A stretch of 64,000 bases of DNA from Tubulanus polymorphus (lineage: Eukaryota; Animalia; Nemertea). The notes below the pieces were generated by a model. The model searched no databases. It was not told the origin of the DNA and worked only from the letters and a program-made list of their open reading frames with translations. Location of the stretch: positions 26,656,345-26,720,344 of the forward strand of contig NC_134028.1 in the NCBI RefSeq assembly GCF_964204645.1, given 5' to 3'. Of the stretch, positions 26,101 to 40,329 are shown one piece after another. The position numbers and the translations under genes were made by a program. How positions within the stretch are numbered: position 1 is the first letter of the stretch; each line of letters begins with the position of its first letter.

Positions 26101-29100
26101 ACCGGGGAAGTGTTGATAGATGGACATAAGCAACCAGAAAACTTCAAGTGTATGGCAGGATATGTCGTTCAGGTATCCATACTTGGTCCTTGTTTGATTT
26201 CATTTCATTTCCATGATGACTTTGTACAAATAACAGAATAAAATTTTGTACAAATCTGATCTAATGGCAGTACATCCCCTGAACCCAGTTACACAGTTGT
26301 GAGTTAAGATTTGACTCTGAGTTAAGTCATTGGAAATGAACTAATTTTAACCCAGAGTTAACTCTAACACACGACTGTGGAACTGGGTCCTGAGTTTCAT
26401 AGACTTGTATTATAAAATCGGTCCCGGTGTTTTAGGAGGGTTACGTTTCGGAGATTCAAAAGCTGTTTTCAGGATTCTGACCTGTTTGATTTTCATGTAT
26501 TTTAGTAATGTACTATTAATGATCCGAAAAAATGATCTAAACAAACTGTATATTGTCTCGAAGCCGATTGGCTCGAATAATTGCTGGACTTGCGTGAAAA
26601 AATATAAAACATTCCTGCCGTAGCTCAAATGTGATCATGACTATCCATCGTCACTCCGACTGTCCCAGAATACGTTATATAGTTAGCTTATTGTCATCTT
26701 TTATACAGCAATTAGTTCCGAGAGATCTGGAGGCTAGCGAGTGTCTACGCATAAAACATGTTGGTAGTAAGAACTAGTGTAATATTAAATGTTTTATTCC
26801 GATGATAGGATGATATATTGATGGGAACTCTGACCGTCAGGGAAAATCTCACGTTTTCTGCCACGCTTCGATGTCCGAAAATGTCTCTACAAGACAAAGA
26901 GAAACGGGTGCAAGACATCATCGACGAACTGGGTTTACAGAAATGTGCCGACTCGAAGGTAACGCCAGTGAAAACGGTTTGCTCTTCGTATTTCTACATA
27001 ACATAGTTTACGGCTGTTAATTGTTATTTGATGATTGATATACCGCGAATTCTACAGACAACGTAGGCCTACATGCCGCCCTGCCCCCCCCCCCCCGGGC
27101 TAGTCAGCGCCTATTGTTCTACTTAAATAGTTAGATCGCCGCCAGACAATGCTAACGATGGGTATGATATCAATTGCAAATCCCGGATATGTATGAACAA
27201 AGACTTCCTAAAATATCTCGACAAACAAACGCGACAGCTTGGATCTATCAATAGCGATACGAAACATCTAACCAAACGCATTAGACCTTCAACCTAACAA
27301 TTAACAAGATTGAGTGCCTAATTAACTTGTTTGAAAAACCTGATGAAGCGACTATGCATTAGTAGTGAAATCTCGTACGCTGGATATTATTACACTTAGC
27401 TTAAAAAATACGACCTCTCTTTTTAATTGTTCGAAAAACTGAATACCTAATTTTACGATGTTAAGACCTGTAGATGTGCTAAGTTGAAAATACCTGTATA
27501 TGAAGCATTCTAGATATGTTTCTTATATTGAGTCAGATTTTGTAATTATTGCTTCGTGTTTTAGGTGGGAACGCAAATGATTCGCGGTATTTCTGGGGGC
27601 GAGAAAAAACGCACGAGTATCGGCAGAGAACTGATTACATTTCCCGGAGTATTGTTTCTAGATGAACCGACGACCGGACTGGACGCCAGCACTGCCAGCT
27701 CAGTCATGCTGCTTCTTCATAAGTGAGTAATAAATCTTCGTGTAGTCGTTATTTATGATGCGGTACACTCGGGTTAGGAGATAATATTCTCAGGTATATG
27801 TTGAAATGTTTGCTAATCCTATACGGTAAATAAGGAAGTATAAACACTATCCAAATCAGACTTAAAAGTTATGAATATCTAGTCAGACACATTGTCACGG
27901 TCCATAAAAGAACCAAGTTGAGCGTTGTCTACTGTACCATCCAACTCGGATATTATTCTCAAGTCAGAGTCTACTGTACAATCCATCTGAGATATCACTC
28001 TCAAGTCAGAGTCTATTGTACCATCAAACTCAGATATCACTCTCAAGTCAAAAGATCCGAGTTGAGTGGAGTTTACTGTACAATCAAACTCAGATATCAT
28101 TCTCAGGTCGGAAGATCCGACTCAAACTGAGTACTTATCCAACTCAGATATCACTCTTGAAAAAGTCGGACAAAATTTGTCCTGTTGAAAATGGTCCACT
28201 TCGATTCTACTGTCTCTTAATGTTCTTGCACAACCTATGACACACTTTATTGTCTATTTGTTTGTAGTTTATCACGTAGAGGACGCACGGTGATCTTCTC
28301 GATACATCAGCCTCGATACTCCATCTTTAAACAGTTCGATACGTTATTACTATTATCAGCTGGTGAAACCGTGTATAAAGGAGCCGCAGACGATTCGATA
28401 GAATACTTCAAACAAATAGGTATTTATATAGATCTGTACAATTCGAAAAATATCAATTTATGAAGTCGTTTATTTGGGACTCTGGTCGGCGAGTTGCCGG
28501 ATCGTGTCAAAAAACATATTAGACATTGAATCCAGCCTATGATCGTTTGTTATAGGTTATCAGATAGAAGAATATAATAACCCACCGGACTTCTTCCTCG
28601 ATGTTATCAACGGAATGTACGAGGTATCTGAACCTGACGCAGCGTCTCCTAACGGAAATGTTTCGTCTCACCTACTCGACCAGCCGCAGCAGCTGCAGCT
28701 GCCCGACGTCAAAGTTATCAGTAAGTTATCATTCTACGGTTACAATCCCGTTTGGAGAATTCGTTTTTCAGATCATGGACTTACAAACAAGAGTTTACTA
28801 TACTAGGATACTCTAGTCATTAGGTCCATGTTCTCGTATTACACCATGAATATAAAATTACTTCTTTTTCCTTCGTGGTAATGAAATATCTGTTCTCATA
28901 TTTACGTCTATTCGTAATTGTAGATTCAGACGAAGAAAAAGAAGCCGTGACCGAAAACCGTTTGGCCGCCGCTTTTCAGAATAGTTCAACGTGTCAGAAG
29001 TAAGTATTATCATTTTGATAGTACAGCTATATTTGGAGGATGTGAATTGATAGTGATTGTATTTTGTAGAACGCTCGGTGAATCGCGACAAATACATAAA

Positions 29101-31914
29101 GATTATGAAAAACGTGTAGCGGACGGAACTGAAGTTCCTCTTACTGGATTAGAATACGCCAGATCATGGGGAATACAGGTAAAGAGCTATAAGCTCCTCG
29201 TGCATGGGTATGAGGTCTTGTAAAATCAATACACATGTACCGGTAACTGTTAAAATCCGTCAGAAACTAAAAGGAATGAACGCATAAATATCTATCTTGT
29301 TTCAGTGGTCAACGGTATCAAAAAGAGCGCTGCTTAATCTTATACGTAATCCTCAGACATCTGTCTATCAGGTAATCCTTAAACCTTCATCAGTTGCTAG
29401 TCGTGCAGCGACTTGAGATTTAAGACCATTCTAAGACCATTTAAGTCCAACATTCAATCTAACAAACATAAGACCAGTCCACAACTCTGCAACTGGGCCC
29501 ATATCACTGGTACTTATGAATGTCAAGTTGTGCGCTTATAAATCGTTATAAAGAATGTTTTCATATAGTTTTCGACACATCTAGCTATCAGTAACATATC
29601 ATGTATAACGTATAATTTATTCGTCTTTCAGTTAGTTGTGTCGGTTATCTTCGGTCTCGTAGTTGGCACTATTTACTTTCAAATGGATACATCATTACAA
29701 TCAGGCGTTCAAAACAGGTACACTAACTATACCCATTCCTCCCGGAAAATCGATTTCTATTGAGAAAAATGAAATAACAATTTTCACTGAATTTTCAGAG
29801 TCGGGGTGTTCTTTTTCATCATCATGAATATGGTATTCTCGAACATGTCAGCAACTGAATTATTCATTCACGAACGAGCGTTATTTATGTAAGTAGAAAA
29901 TGAAATCGTTAACTTCCTCTTACTGAGATCAGGAAACTGTGACTCGAGTTCGGAACCCAGTGTCCAGCTCTGGTGATTAGACACAATATACCTTCGCAAA
30001 AGGAGGGCAACACTAATGTACAGTATTCAGGCACAGATCCAGGACTTTTTCCGGCGACTAAAATCTCTGAAAGAGGGCCTATACGGCATATTGTTTGGCC
30101 AAACATGAGATGATATGGTACCGATAATGTGGTACTGTCCGCCCGCTTCTTGAGTACATTCCTTGTTTTGGTAGCTGAGCAGAGGGGGTTCACGACCCCT
30201 GAAACCCCCCTCTGGATCCGCGCCTGGTATTTCGGTGATAGAAATTACTCTGATATTGATTATGTTTTCTGTTTACAGACACGAGAATGTCAGCGGTTTC
30301 TATCGAGTTTCCGCGTATTTTCTGGCTAAAGTATTCTGTGATATTTTACCTACGCGGTGTATACCGGCATTTTTCTTCGCTCCGATTGTCTACTTCATGG
30401 TCGGTGAGTAGAATGATGGATCTAATACAAACACCAATCTCTGGCTATTTTCATCAGTTATACTTCTTTTAATATAAAGTCCTTAAGAATAGTGAAGAAT
30501 AAGATTTGAAATATTCCCTTGAGCTAGTAGTTTATTCAACGCCGCGACTGTTCAGGAATTTCATTTCTATGTTTAGGATTTATCGTTGCAACACGGTCAT
30601 TGTATTTCATAATAGGTTTGAGACCCACTATATACAAAATTTTCAAAAGATTATAAACGAATTTTATTTATCAAAATTAAAAGACACAACGTTTCGAACT
30701 CTAAATAGGGATCATCGTCAGTCAATTTTGTTTATTTGAAAAAAAGATTCGCTTTTAATCTTTTTCAATTCTGTTTATAGTGAGTTTTAAATCTATTTTC
30801 AGTTGAGTATTGAGTGTGGCTACTCTACCATCAATAGTTGTTATACTTGTGATTTTCAGGATTGGATGTGGATGTAGTGAAGTTTTTCACGTTTGTCTTA
30901 ACGTTGATATTAACGACTCTAGCCGCGTGTGGAATCGCGTTCACCATGAGTTCTACTTTCGATATCGTCGGGATCGCTAATCTGTTCATATCATTGACCT
31001 ACGTGTTCATGATGGTACGTATTTAAATATATCGATAATTGAATTGAATATCGGTCGGCAACCAGTCTAACCCCGATACATCGATGAGGTAGTAAGAAAT
31101 TATATCAAAAATAGAATAAGAAAAATCAATGCAAAAATTCACAATTTTAATCGTGACGTCAATACTGAGTGCACATGGACTTCACAGAACCCCTTAAATG
31201 AATCCTGAACCCGTACTAGGTATCAATGTATATAAACATTGTTGTAACGGTTTTTACGGCGTCAAAAAAGCTTATTGTGACGCAACAGTCTGAAATACGT
31301 ATATATCTGTGAAGCGAAGGTATTGAAGCATCCAAAAATTACTGGTGAACATTTTTCAATGAAACAAGTTCTATAGAAATTTACGGATTATCTGATGCAC
31401 GAATAAACCTCTCTCGTCTCTTTTTGTTGTATAGGTTTTCAGCGGTTTACTAGTAAATCTAGAAACTATATCAGTTTGGTTAAGATGGCTACGATATATT
31501 AGTCTGTTCAGATACGGCATAGCTGTAAGTGTTGCTTATCGCGCGGTTAGAAATCATACACGATATCGTATTTTCATGAAGTTTCTCATTAATTGTCGAG
31601 TAATTGCTATTTTTAGGCGTTGTCTGTCAACGAATTAAAGGATATGGAATTTTGTGAATCTCTCAACGGAACTGATATCTGGTATGTTTTACAACTATAT
31701 AAACTGCATATCAATCGAATTCGTTAAGACTTTACAGATTTGATTTGATTTCTCTTACAGTCAAATGGCTGGTAACGCGTACATGAAAGCGCAGGGAATC
31801 GCGTTCGAAACGTCGTGGGATCTGTGGCAGAATCTACTGGCTCTCGGTGCTATCACTGTCATCATGTTATTCCTCAGTTACGTGCAGTTGATCAGGTTAA
31901 AGAAACTGAAGTAA
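23130..31914 (+). CDS. ABCG2: ABC transporter subfamily G half-transporter (ABCG2/BCRP-like), ~18 exons
   Basis: Probable first exon 23130-23162 (an alternative in-frame ATG is at 24957), then ~25002-25174, 25904-25963 (Walker A GPTGSGKS), 26058-26172, 26809-26958, 27565-27722 ([19 protein letters not shown]), 28268-28419 (FSIHQPRY), 28556-28720 (NNPPDFFLD), linker and TM exons 28924-31681, and last exon 31761-31914 ending LIRLKKLK*. Confidence 0.95.
26282..26389. mobile_element. MITE (PIF/Harbinger-like), CTG target-site duplication
   Basis: TIR ACCCAGTTACACAGT...ACTGTGGAACTGGGT, flanked by CTG at 26279-81 and 26390-92. Confidence 0.75.
27905..28160. repeat. Degenerate ~42-bp tandem repeat in an ABCG2 intron
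   Basis: Recurring GAGTCTACTGTACAATCAAACTCAGATATCACTCTCAAGTCA-like units. Confidence 0.8.
30028..30226. mobile_element. hAT-like MITE with 5-bp TSD
   Basis: TIR CAGGCACAGATCCAG...CTGGATCCGCGCCTG, flanked by GTATT on both sides. Confidence 0.75.
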
Positions 31915-32996
31915 AATCAAGATAAGAAAAACGGATGACTTGGTGGTAGAACAACAGATCCGATCCCGGTGGGATTTGAGAATCGATATTTTCTATCTAC
32001 ATGTATACTACTCCCAGTGATCAACAGAAACTGTAAACGGATCGTACATCGTTTCATTCGTTGTTTTTTTGTGTTGTGATATTTTTTTCTCATTAATAAA
32101 TTTTCGTAATTCGTATTCGTTGCGTTTGACTCGGGAAAAGGTTTGACTCTGGCTCCTAGTGCGGGACATACTGGCCCGTCCTGGCCGGGAACACCTTCGT
32201 GGGAAGTTACTTACTCAAAAAAGGTAAATCAAAAATATTTGTAAAAAGTCTTGGCCATAGCTCATCCATAAAGCTAACACCCCTCCCTAGCTGGTCTCGA
32301 GGAGCCCGCGGCATCCCTTATTTGCTATGATTGACTACCGAGCACTATTGGTTGACGGAAATCAGTTTATCTGGTAATTGGTATTTTTCGTTTAGGAGAA
32401 TAGGAAGGCCCATCGTATTAAACGTATGCAGAGTCCGAATGTCAATTTCTAAGCATTTTTAGAAGAACGATCAAAGTCAGGAGGTGTTGTCAATCTAGAT
32501 TATTGGTGATGGCCTTCTTCATTATGAATCTTTAACATTTTCAGCAGCGTGCATACCGATTGGTCCATTCAATCGTGTAGTCACGCGCGAAACAATCAAC
32601 ATTTCATTAATATCGATCGCCAAGAATAATCTTTAGCGAAAATTAACGATAAGAAGATCGTAAAATTCCTTTCTTTGTTTGTCGGCTGCTAATCACGACA
32701 TATCATCGGCTCGTTATTTATGATGGGTTTCAAAGCATGGACGTATAAACTGGATAACACGTTCACACGCCGGCAAAGTGAACGTCTTCGGCCACACTTC
32801 CACACTCCTGCTAGTGCGCGATATCACTGAACACGAGTTCTAAATGCATATCTGATTAAAATCCAGAATGACTGGCACGGAGAAATTTACAATAAACTGA
32901 AGCTCTACGAGAATGAACTTTTCTCTCGTTCTTTGATGTTCATCTAACGTCGTCCGTAGAAAGAATGCCTTCGCGAATAATAAGTTTTAATTGAAG

Positions 32997-35517
32997 ATGC
33001 AGAAGATGAATATTCTGTCGGATTTCTGGCTGTTTATTATCCTTTGTGCCGTGTCTGGACGAACCTACTCGACCTTATTAGAAGCTCGGTACAGCAGCAT
33101 ATCCCGTATAGGTCCAGATACCCGAATCCCTGGACCGTATATTTGGACCGGACAGCTGTCCGAGCGTGTGGAGTGCGCGATAGCTTGTTTAGCCCGTTCG
33201 TCGTGTATGAGTTTTTCTTTTAGCAAGCAACTTAAGACGTGCTATTTAGCAGCTTGGAAACCGTGTATGGCTGGGATCACTGCTCCATCCTTAATTTCAG
33301 CATCGGGCTATAAAACGTACATGAAGGTAGGTTTTGAAGATATTTGTTGTTGTTGAAGAAATGCGTCACCTAACGTCAAACTTCGTGTCATATATTTTGC
33401 TGAATTGGGTCGGTTTTCAAAACCGTGTCACATATTTTTATATGTATAACCAATCATTGTGCTGTGACTTTTCAGAATATCTTTATAAGTAGATTTCCAG
33501 ATATCGGAAATCCTTTTCTCTACCTACCTATAGTGCATCAACTTTGTCTATGTAATTTCCTATTTTTTTCCCATTCTAACTTTTTATTCTCTAACTCAGT
33601 GCGCCCCACCTACTGGTTGTCCAGACTGGAAGTCAGGTAAGTAGATCATAGCACGCCTCCTAGAATTTTACAAACCATTTTTGAAGTTGATGATGGTTAA
33701 TCTTTGTTTTCAGAATTTAAACCGTTATGCTGCAACGACGTGAGATTATTGGCAGCTAAAACCGACGATGCCGATTACACTATTTGGATGCATCAAGAAT
33801 CCACTGGAATTCTGAAACAAACAACTCTATATTGTTACAGAATGAATTCGCCAAACCCGAAGGAATACATTACTCTAACGAGCGGTTATAGAGGCAATTT
33901 CGGCATCAGTTTGTTCAAAAAACAGAATGAAGCCGGAGAGACGTACTTCTCGAAAATACGCGTAAACCTATTGGTAAGTTTGGATACATCAACATAGCCG
34001 GTTCACCTAGAATCAAGAGACCCCCACCGCACCAGAGAAGGCTCTTGGTCGTTGATAGAACAATGTGGTCGATGCCAGTCATCAGAGTCCTACCACTTTG
34101 AAGTCTTTAAAAGCAAGAATAGTTCACCCAATTTGCGCAAGTAAAACCTCCCCCTGATTTTACCGATAACAGCTAACCAGTCCTCCAGCTGTCGACCAGT
34201 CCTCCAGTTGTCGACCAGTCCTCCACTCGATTCAATACGATTCAATACGAAAAATCAGCCTTCCAATCTTGTCTTAGTGAACGAATGATTTCTGATTTAC
34301 AACGTCACTTTTCTATTACATTTACTGATCTAGCCATATTTTTCTACTTATTTCAGACATTGTTCGTCGATCGTTTTGATTTTACTTTCGCCTATTCGAA
34401 CGGCACTAAACAGATTGAATACGCTTATGCCGGAGATTGTGTCCAATCGAGATCGAACACGGGGCGATTCTCAATAGATCTGTCTGGGACATCGTTCCGT
34501 ATCAGTGCCCAGGTGAGTACACTCTCATTCACTATACTAAACCCGATATTCAATAATAACTGAAAAGTTTCATAAAGTTGAATATTACAGACAATCTTAG
34601 ACAATCGTTCATCGCGGAATACAAGCTATAGACAGAACAGTTGTCATCTTGTGTCCAATCAAAATTGATCGATGGCCTTCATATCTTTTCCTTGTCGCAT
34701 AAAGCCTTATACCACATCAATCTTTAAAAGGGAGACGCCTTTCTTTCGTTTGGTGCATTCTAACGATCATCGAACGAAGTAAATTCGTTAAGTGCGTGTG
34801 TACCATCACATAAATATAAAGGAGTCAGAAGAAATTGAACTGAAGTTTGAATGAATTATTGAAAGTATTCCTAGAAAGTTTGCTTTTTGTATCTCAAGTA
34901 TTATTTTGCGTGTTGAAGTGAAATGTATAAATCTCACGAATGCTTAGCCGTGCACGCAATCGTGTCTCATTAATTCAAAAGACTATAATAAACAACCAGA
35001 TACAAGAACAATCACTCAGCTGTATCAGTAACGACTAGAGATGAAAGGATTCTTTGATTCAATTAATGACAGACACGTAGATTTAATGGAACAGTTTATT
35101 GTATTGGGATTGATCCAGAATGTTGTAAATATTCCGAATTGTCGTATCACGTCTCGCTCGATAAAAAACGGATGTTTATTGAGATCCTCGCCTGCCAGTG
35201 GTGCCTTAACAAGTTCCCCGCTAATTGCTAGAAATCTATATGTCGATCAGGTTTATCAATATTCCGGTCTTATCTGGATGTAATTAAGTATAAACTGGAA
35301 ATCCAAATGATCCGAATTAAGTAGGATTATTTCAATGTTCATTTATGTTTGGTTGTCTATGTCTATATTGCAGGTCGTTTGGGAGAAGGTCGGTTTTCAT
35401 GTTTTCGCGGATATCCATATCAGCCCGGACAGACAGCGAGTAACTGGACGCTGTGGTGGATTCTGTGGAAATTGCTACCCGAAACCAAGGAGTTTACCGT
35501 TAGAAATGAATCCATGA
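32997..35517 (+). CDS. Secreted PAN/Apple + GON (ADAMTS9/20/GON-1 C-terminal) domain protein
   Basis: Exons 32997-33326, 33600-33636, 33714-33973, 34357-34512 and 35374-35517 join in frame. Hydrophobic signal peptide, PAN cysteine pattern ECAIACLARSSCMSFSF..TCYL, and GON motifs YCYRMNSPNPKEYITL, AGETYFSKIRVNL, DFTFA, YAYAGDC, GRFSIDLSGT and VTGRCGGFCGNCYP. Confidence 0.88.
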
Positions 35518-35883
35518 ATAAGTGTAAAATGTTTCGTTTCGCGCGTTATTTTAACATGAATAGAACTTGTAGATGGTACAGTGTTTTATAGCGGCTCTTG
35601 ATTGCCTCGATGTTTTCTTGATTCTTTCGTTGCTATCATTCAGTAGGAAAAAACTATTTTGGCAAGGTACACACGTCTTGATTTATGAATCTACAAGATA
35701 AGTTATTTGTACTGTGGGTCGATCACAAAGGTCCGAAGTCATACCAATAAGTTCAATGCAACACCACGGACAAATCAAACTACAGATTTCGGAGATATGT
35801 TGTAGGTCAAGATCCTCAATAAAACAGGTATTAGATAAAGAGTCTTAGTACTCGATATTTGATTTGAAAGGTATTTAATGAAA

Positions 35884-38800
35884 CTATGCAAATTGTGTCA
35901 TTTTGTCGTTAATCCAGTCAAGATAATTAGTAACTTTAGCGTAAACTCCTGGTTTCTTCGCTCCGGCACAACCGATACCCCACGATACAACTCCGTGCGC
36001 TTCGAATTTACCGTTCACTTCACAAACGAATGGACCACCGCTGTCTCCCTGTTCGTAAAAACAGTTTCAAATTTATATTTATCAATCACTTAGTTACTCT
36101 GTAAGACAGAGCCAACAACGGTGAGGAGATCATTCTCGTTTAATCATGGAGGTGTTGGTGAAGCCTCAAACATCAATAGTTACGAACCTGGCAGGCGTCA
36201 TGCCCTCCTTCAGTGTATCCTGCACATATCATGTTATCAGTAATTGCTCCGTTGTAAAAATCATAACTGTTGCATATCTGTTTGCCAACAATTGGTACCA
36301 TTGCTTGTTTAAGTTTACCAGTACAGCACGTTCCTAGATATATAATAAACATGTGCATAAAACAGAACGTTTCCACAGAAAACATCGAGGGTTTTAGCTT
36401 TTATTTACCTTTCGTATCACCCCAACCAGTTGTATAACACATGTGTCCTTCGGATACATCTTTCTCCGGAAGACAAGCGACATCTACGTGGTCATTCACT
36501 TGGGCAGGTTTGCTCAATCGAATCAACGCAATGTCGTTATCTGTCTTTCTAGAGTTGTATTTCTCGTGTACGATGATTTTGGTCGGTTTGAATGTCTGAT
36601 GAGTCGATTCGGTGCCGTCCTTGTTGTGTTTACCCAGAACGAACGACCAAATCGACAGAGAAGTTCGGCTGAAAGAATACGATGAACTCAGAAATTTGGT
36701 ATTGAGATGAGGTTGTTATTGTTAAGGTCGACACTTACCTGAAACAATGGGCAGCCGATAGAACCCATTGTGGATGTATCAATATACCTCCGCAGTAATG
36801 ATTACTGTATAATCGTATGTCTACTTGCCAGGGCCAGCTTCCCTTTGCAGCTTCTTGGCCACCGACGATACGGTTCCCTTGTTTGAAAGGTACCGATGCG
36901 ACACCACAGGTTGAATTTCCTCCTGCAAGTCATATGTTCATTCAGATTAATTGGTTTCCAAAAATCAATTTTGAAAAGAACAAGTAATTTAACGAAATAT
37001 ATGGGAAATACAGAAGACATGCGCTTTTTCAACTTGACGCTTTATTCGCTGGCTAACGTGATAAGTGATTTACATAACAAAAAACATGTTGGCAAAAACA
37101 ATTATGACGTTACGCGCAAGACATCTATTCGACTTACGGCAATACTTTTCATCGCTTCCATCTCCACAGTCGTCATTTCCGTCACATCTTACATCGCGAT
37201 CCACGCAGTTTCCATTATCACAGGAAAATTCAGTAGGTGTACACGTTACTGTAGGTAATACAGTTAACAACGTTAACAACTACATCATCATCAAACAATT
37301 ATTCAACGTAGAATTATGAAGCAGATGAAAATTCACGAGTAGTAATTGATTAGGGTCTCAGGGCACCTGACTGGACACCATAACACTAACCAGACAAACT
37401 TACAAACTTTGTAAGACGTAAGGCCAGCATGCTATAGTTCTTGGGTTCGAATCAACGTTTCGGTTTGAGCCTTATTTTGCCTGGTAACATGAATTAGACA
37501 ATTTCTGTTCAAATAAGAACAGGCAATACTCACCTGGCGGAGTGATGGCCTCGTACTTGATTTTGAAACCTGGTTTATGGACGATATGATCAGATTTGAA
37601 CACCACGAACAGAGTATTACCAGTCGATTCTATCGGCTCCGGTTTTGATGATCCGCATAGTTTTTTTATTAGTTTCGCCGATGAACTTGATCCATCTTTC
37701 ACTGATACAGAGTCGTATCCGCAAGTTGAACTGGCTTCCACGTTGAATGCCACGAACGTAAGCCTGATTATTTTATCGGCCGGTGCAGTTATCAACCAGC
37801 GACAGTTCGAGTTGGGATTGTAAGGCGTTTTACCATCGTAATTCATGGAAGTGAATGTGTCAGGTACAGAAGTGGCGTTTAGATTTCGAGGACCTCCGCA
37901 TCCAGATGGTATGATGCTAGGATCGATTGTAGTTGGTGCTGGGGTAGTTGTGACTGTCGTTGGTGGGTTTGTTGGTATTTCACCCTCTGTAACGGAATCA
38001 TTGACACAACTCGTAGTTTACATTGAACAGAATGATGCGAATAACCTATACAAGGCAACGGTGAACTGACCATCTAAAGCCTTCCAGTATATACGGAATC
38101 CTGTCTTGTGGACGATATGGTCGGATTTAAATTTGACCGTAACGGTGTTATTAGTTCCAATGAATGCTGCTGGAGGTGTAGTTCCGCATAATTTCTTAAC
38201 AGCACCTGTAAAAACAGAACAGAACCGAAGTAACTGATGATTGGTAATGCAGGGCCATACTCAGTAGAGGGCAGTTGATCCCCAGAAATTTTTGGAAAAG
38301 TTGCCTTTCCGCAAATATTATTGTTATATCCTATAGATCAGTCCTTTTCCGGGTTTCTTTGCCCCTCACCCTAAAATTCAAATGCTAGGTACGACCCTGC
38401 AATGATCCATCTGCAGTGTCATAACGTCACTACATACAGTAGCGTGTTTATTACCTGACGGATTAATAAGTGACACACTGTCATATCGACAATCCGACGA
38501 TGTCTCGACGTCAAATGGAGTATCAAATGTTATCCCAACTCTCTATAAGCAATATACATACAGTATGTTATTTATAATACCAATGAATTTTAAGCTTAAA
38601 GGCCTTGTTAAATACCTTATCCTTTGGTACTGAAATGACCCATTCACATCTTAGACTAGGACCGTAGGCGTTAGGGTAATTTGGACTAGTAAACGTCCCT
38701 GATGAACCTGATTGGAGTTTCGGGCTACCACATCCGGAGTCGGTATGCGGAGAGATCGTAGGCTCTGAAATCACAAATGTTACAAGGTTTATGAAACAGC

Positions 38801-39575
38801 ATGTGACACCGAGGTGTAAGCAAAAACCTTTGAGGTCAATTCCACCGAAATTGCTGGAAACATCGCGGTATGACTACCTTAGTTTCCCTACCTCACTCAC
38901 AATTTCCAAGATAATTACCCGCGTTTTTGTCTATGAAGTAGTAGGTCAGATTAAATCCAACAGTTTGGACAACATGATCAGAAGCAAAGTGCAGTTCGAA
39001 TTTGTTGCCCGTTGATACTAGATCCGATGGTATTGCCAAGCCGCAATATTTACCGACCAACTTTGTACCATCATTCACTTTCAAAAAGTCGAAGTCACAA
39101 CTAAAATTTGTTTGAAAAATCCAGCATAAAAAGATTTAATTGATGAAGTTTTCACAAGTCACAAACTCACTTTGAAGATCTTTCCAAGTTAAAGCTATTA
39201 GAGCTTAAAACTATTTTCTTGTCATCAGGAGCTTCTACTGTCCACTTGCAGTCGGTATTCTTCCCATAGCTTTCTAAACCGAAGCCTCGATGAGATAAAA
39301 TCTCCCCATTATCTTCGACCAGCTTCGTTCCGCACGGATGGAAATCTGCGGCGACAACGGAATCAAGTAGTTTGATATCGGTCAGATGCATTTATTCAGG
39401 TTGTGCCGCATAGTGCTGCTCTTCATACAGAACATGATTAAAGCATGATCGTCGTAATTTCTTTTTTTCAAACACAACTTTTCGTCTTACCTGCTGAGAT
39501 ACCCTGCACCAAGACATATCCGAGAAACAAGCCGACCAACATTTTGACAGATTTGTCTTCGGACAAAACCTCCAT
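35884..39575 (-). CDS. Secreted mosaic serine protease: SP-CUB-CUB-(Thr/Pro linker)-CUB-LDLa-trypsin
   Basis: About 11 exons. Signal exon 39575-39491. CUB motifs [35 protein letters not shown] and CGYDSV; LDLa [22 protein letters not shown]; activation site R|IVGG; triad AAHC, DIALIRL, GDSGGP; DACQ (Asp189, trypsin-like). TATA-like TATATATAA ~39595-39587. Confidence 0.93.
38250..38399. mobile_element. hAT-like MITE, degenerate
   Basis: CAGGGCCATAC...GTACGACCCTG, with TAATG/CAATG flanks. Confidence 0.5.
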
Positions 39576-40329
39576 AACCGAGGTATTATATATAGCTTTA
39601 AATGGCTTTTTTCAATTAGAGGCTCATTTCAATATTCAGCATCACCCATTATAGATGCAGATTAGATAAAAATAATGGAATATCTCCCTCTATCTTGGCC
39701 TCCTTCATTCCAGGACACGTGTGGGATTTCACAAATAATGAAGCACGGATAGTGAGTGCCAGTACACTAATCATAGTTTATTTAACGTCCCAAAACGAAA
39801 ATAGTCTTGATCCCTGATTGCATGCGTAAATCCATCTGATGCTATAATAACAACAGTTGTGTGTTTGCTTCGTCATTTGATTAATGAACTTGAGATCATA
39901 TGCAATTTCAATGTACCCCTAGTATTTTTTATCTTTGTATAGTGTTTAAGCTTGCACGGCCCATCAGGAAAAAGGAAATCGTAAAACTCCTACTACCGTG
40001 TCTATGTCGCGATAAATCATCGATAGTTCGAATAACAAACATTAATTCAAAATTCATGTTTCACCCAATTAAAATCAACGTCATTAAATCGCCACAATTC
40101 ATTATCGAGATGAATAGTCGCGTGACTCTTCCCTCAATAGCCTCTAACATCCACCTCCATCTTTATACCATTCAATATTGGAATTATCAACGCTGCGGAT
40201 TATTAAACTATTCAGTCATTAACTCGGGGGACAACGAGGGGCTTTACACTTCTATCCACATATCCAGGAGTTCGTAGGGCTGCGCGTAGCCATAGAAAAA
40301 ACAGGTTATTGTTACATAGAATCCCGCAA

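Noticed and set aside
26173-26808. ABCG2 intron starting GTATCCAT as a possible U12 intron
   Set aside because: The donor departs from GTATCCTT and there is no TCCTTAAC-like branch site near the acceptor. The same applies to the GTATCTTA donor at ~42554 in LRRC74.
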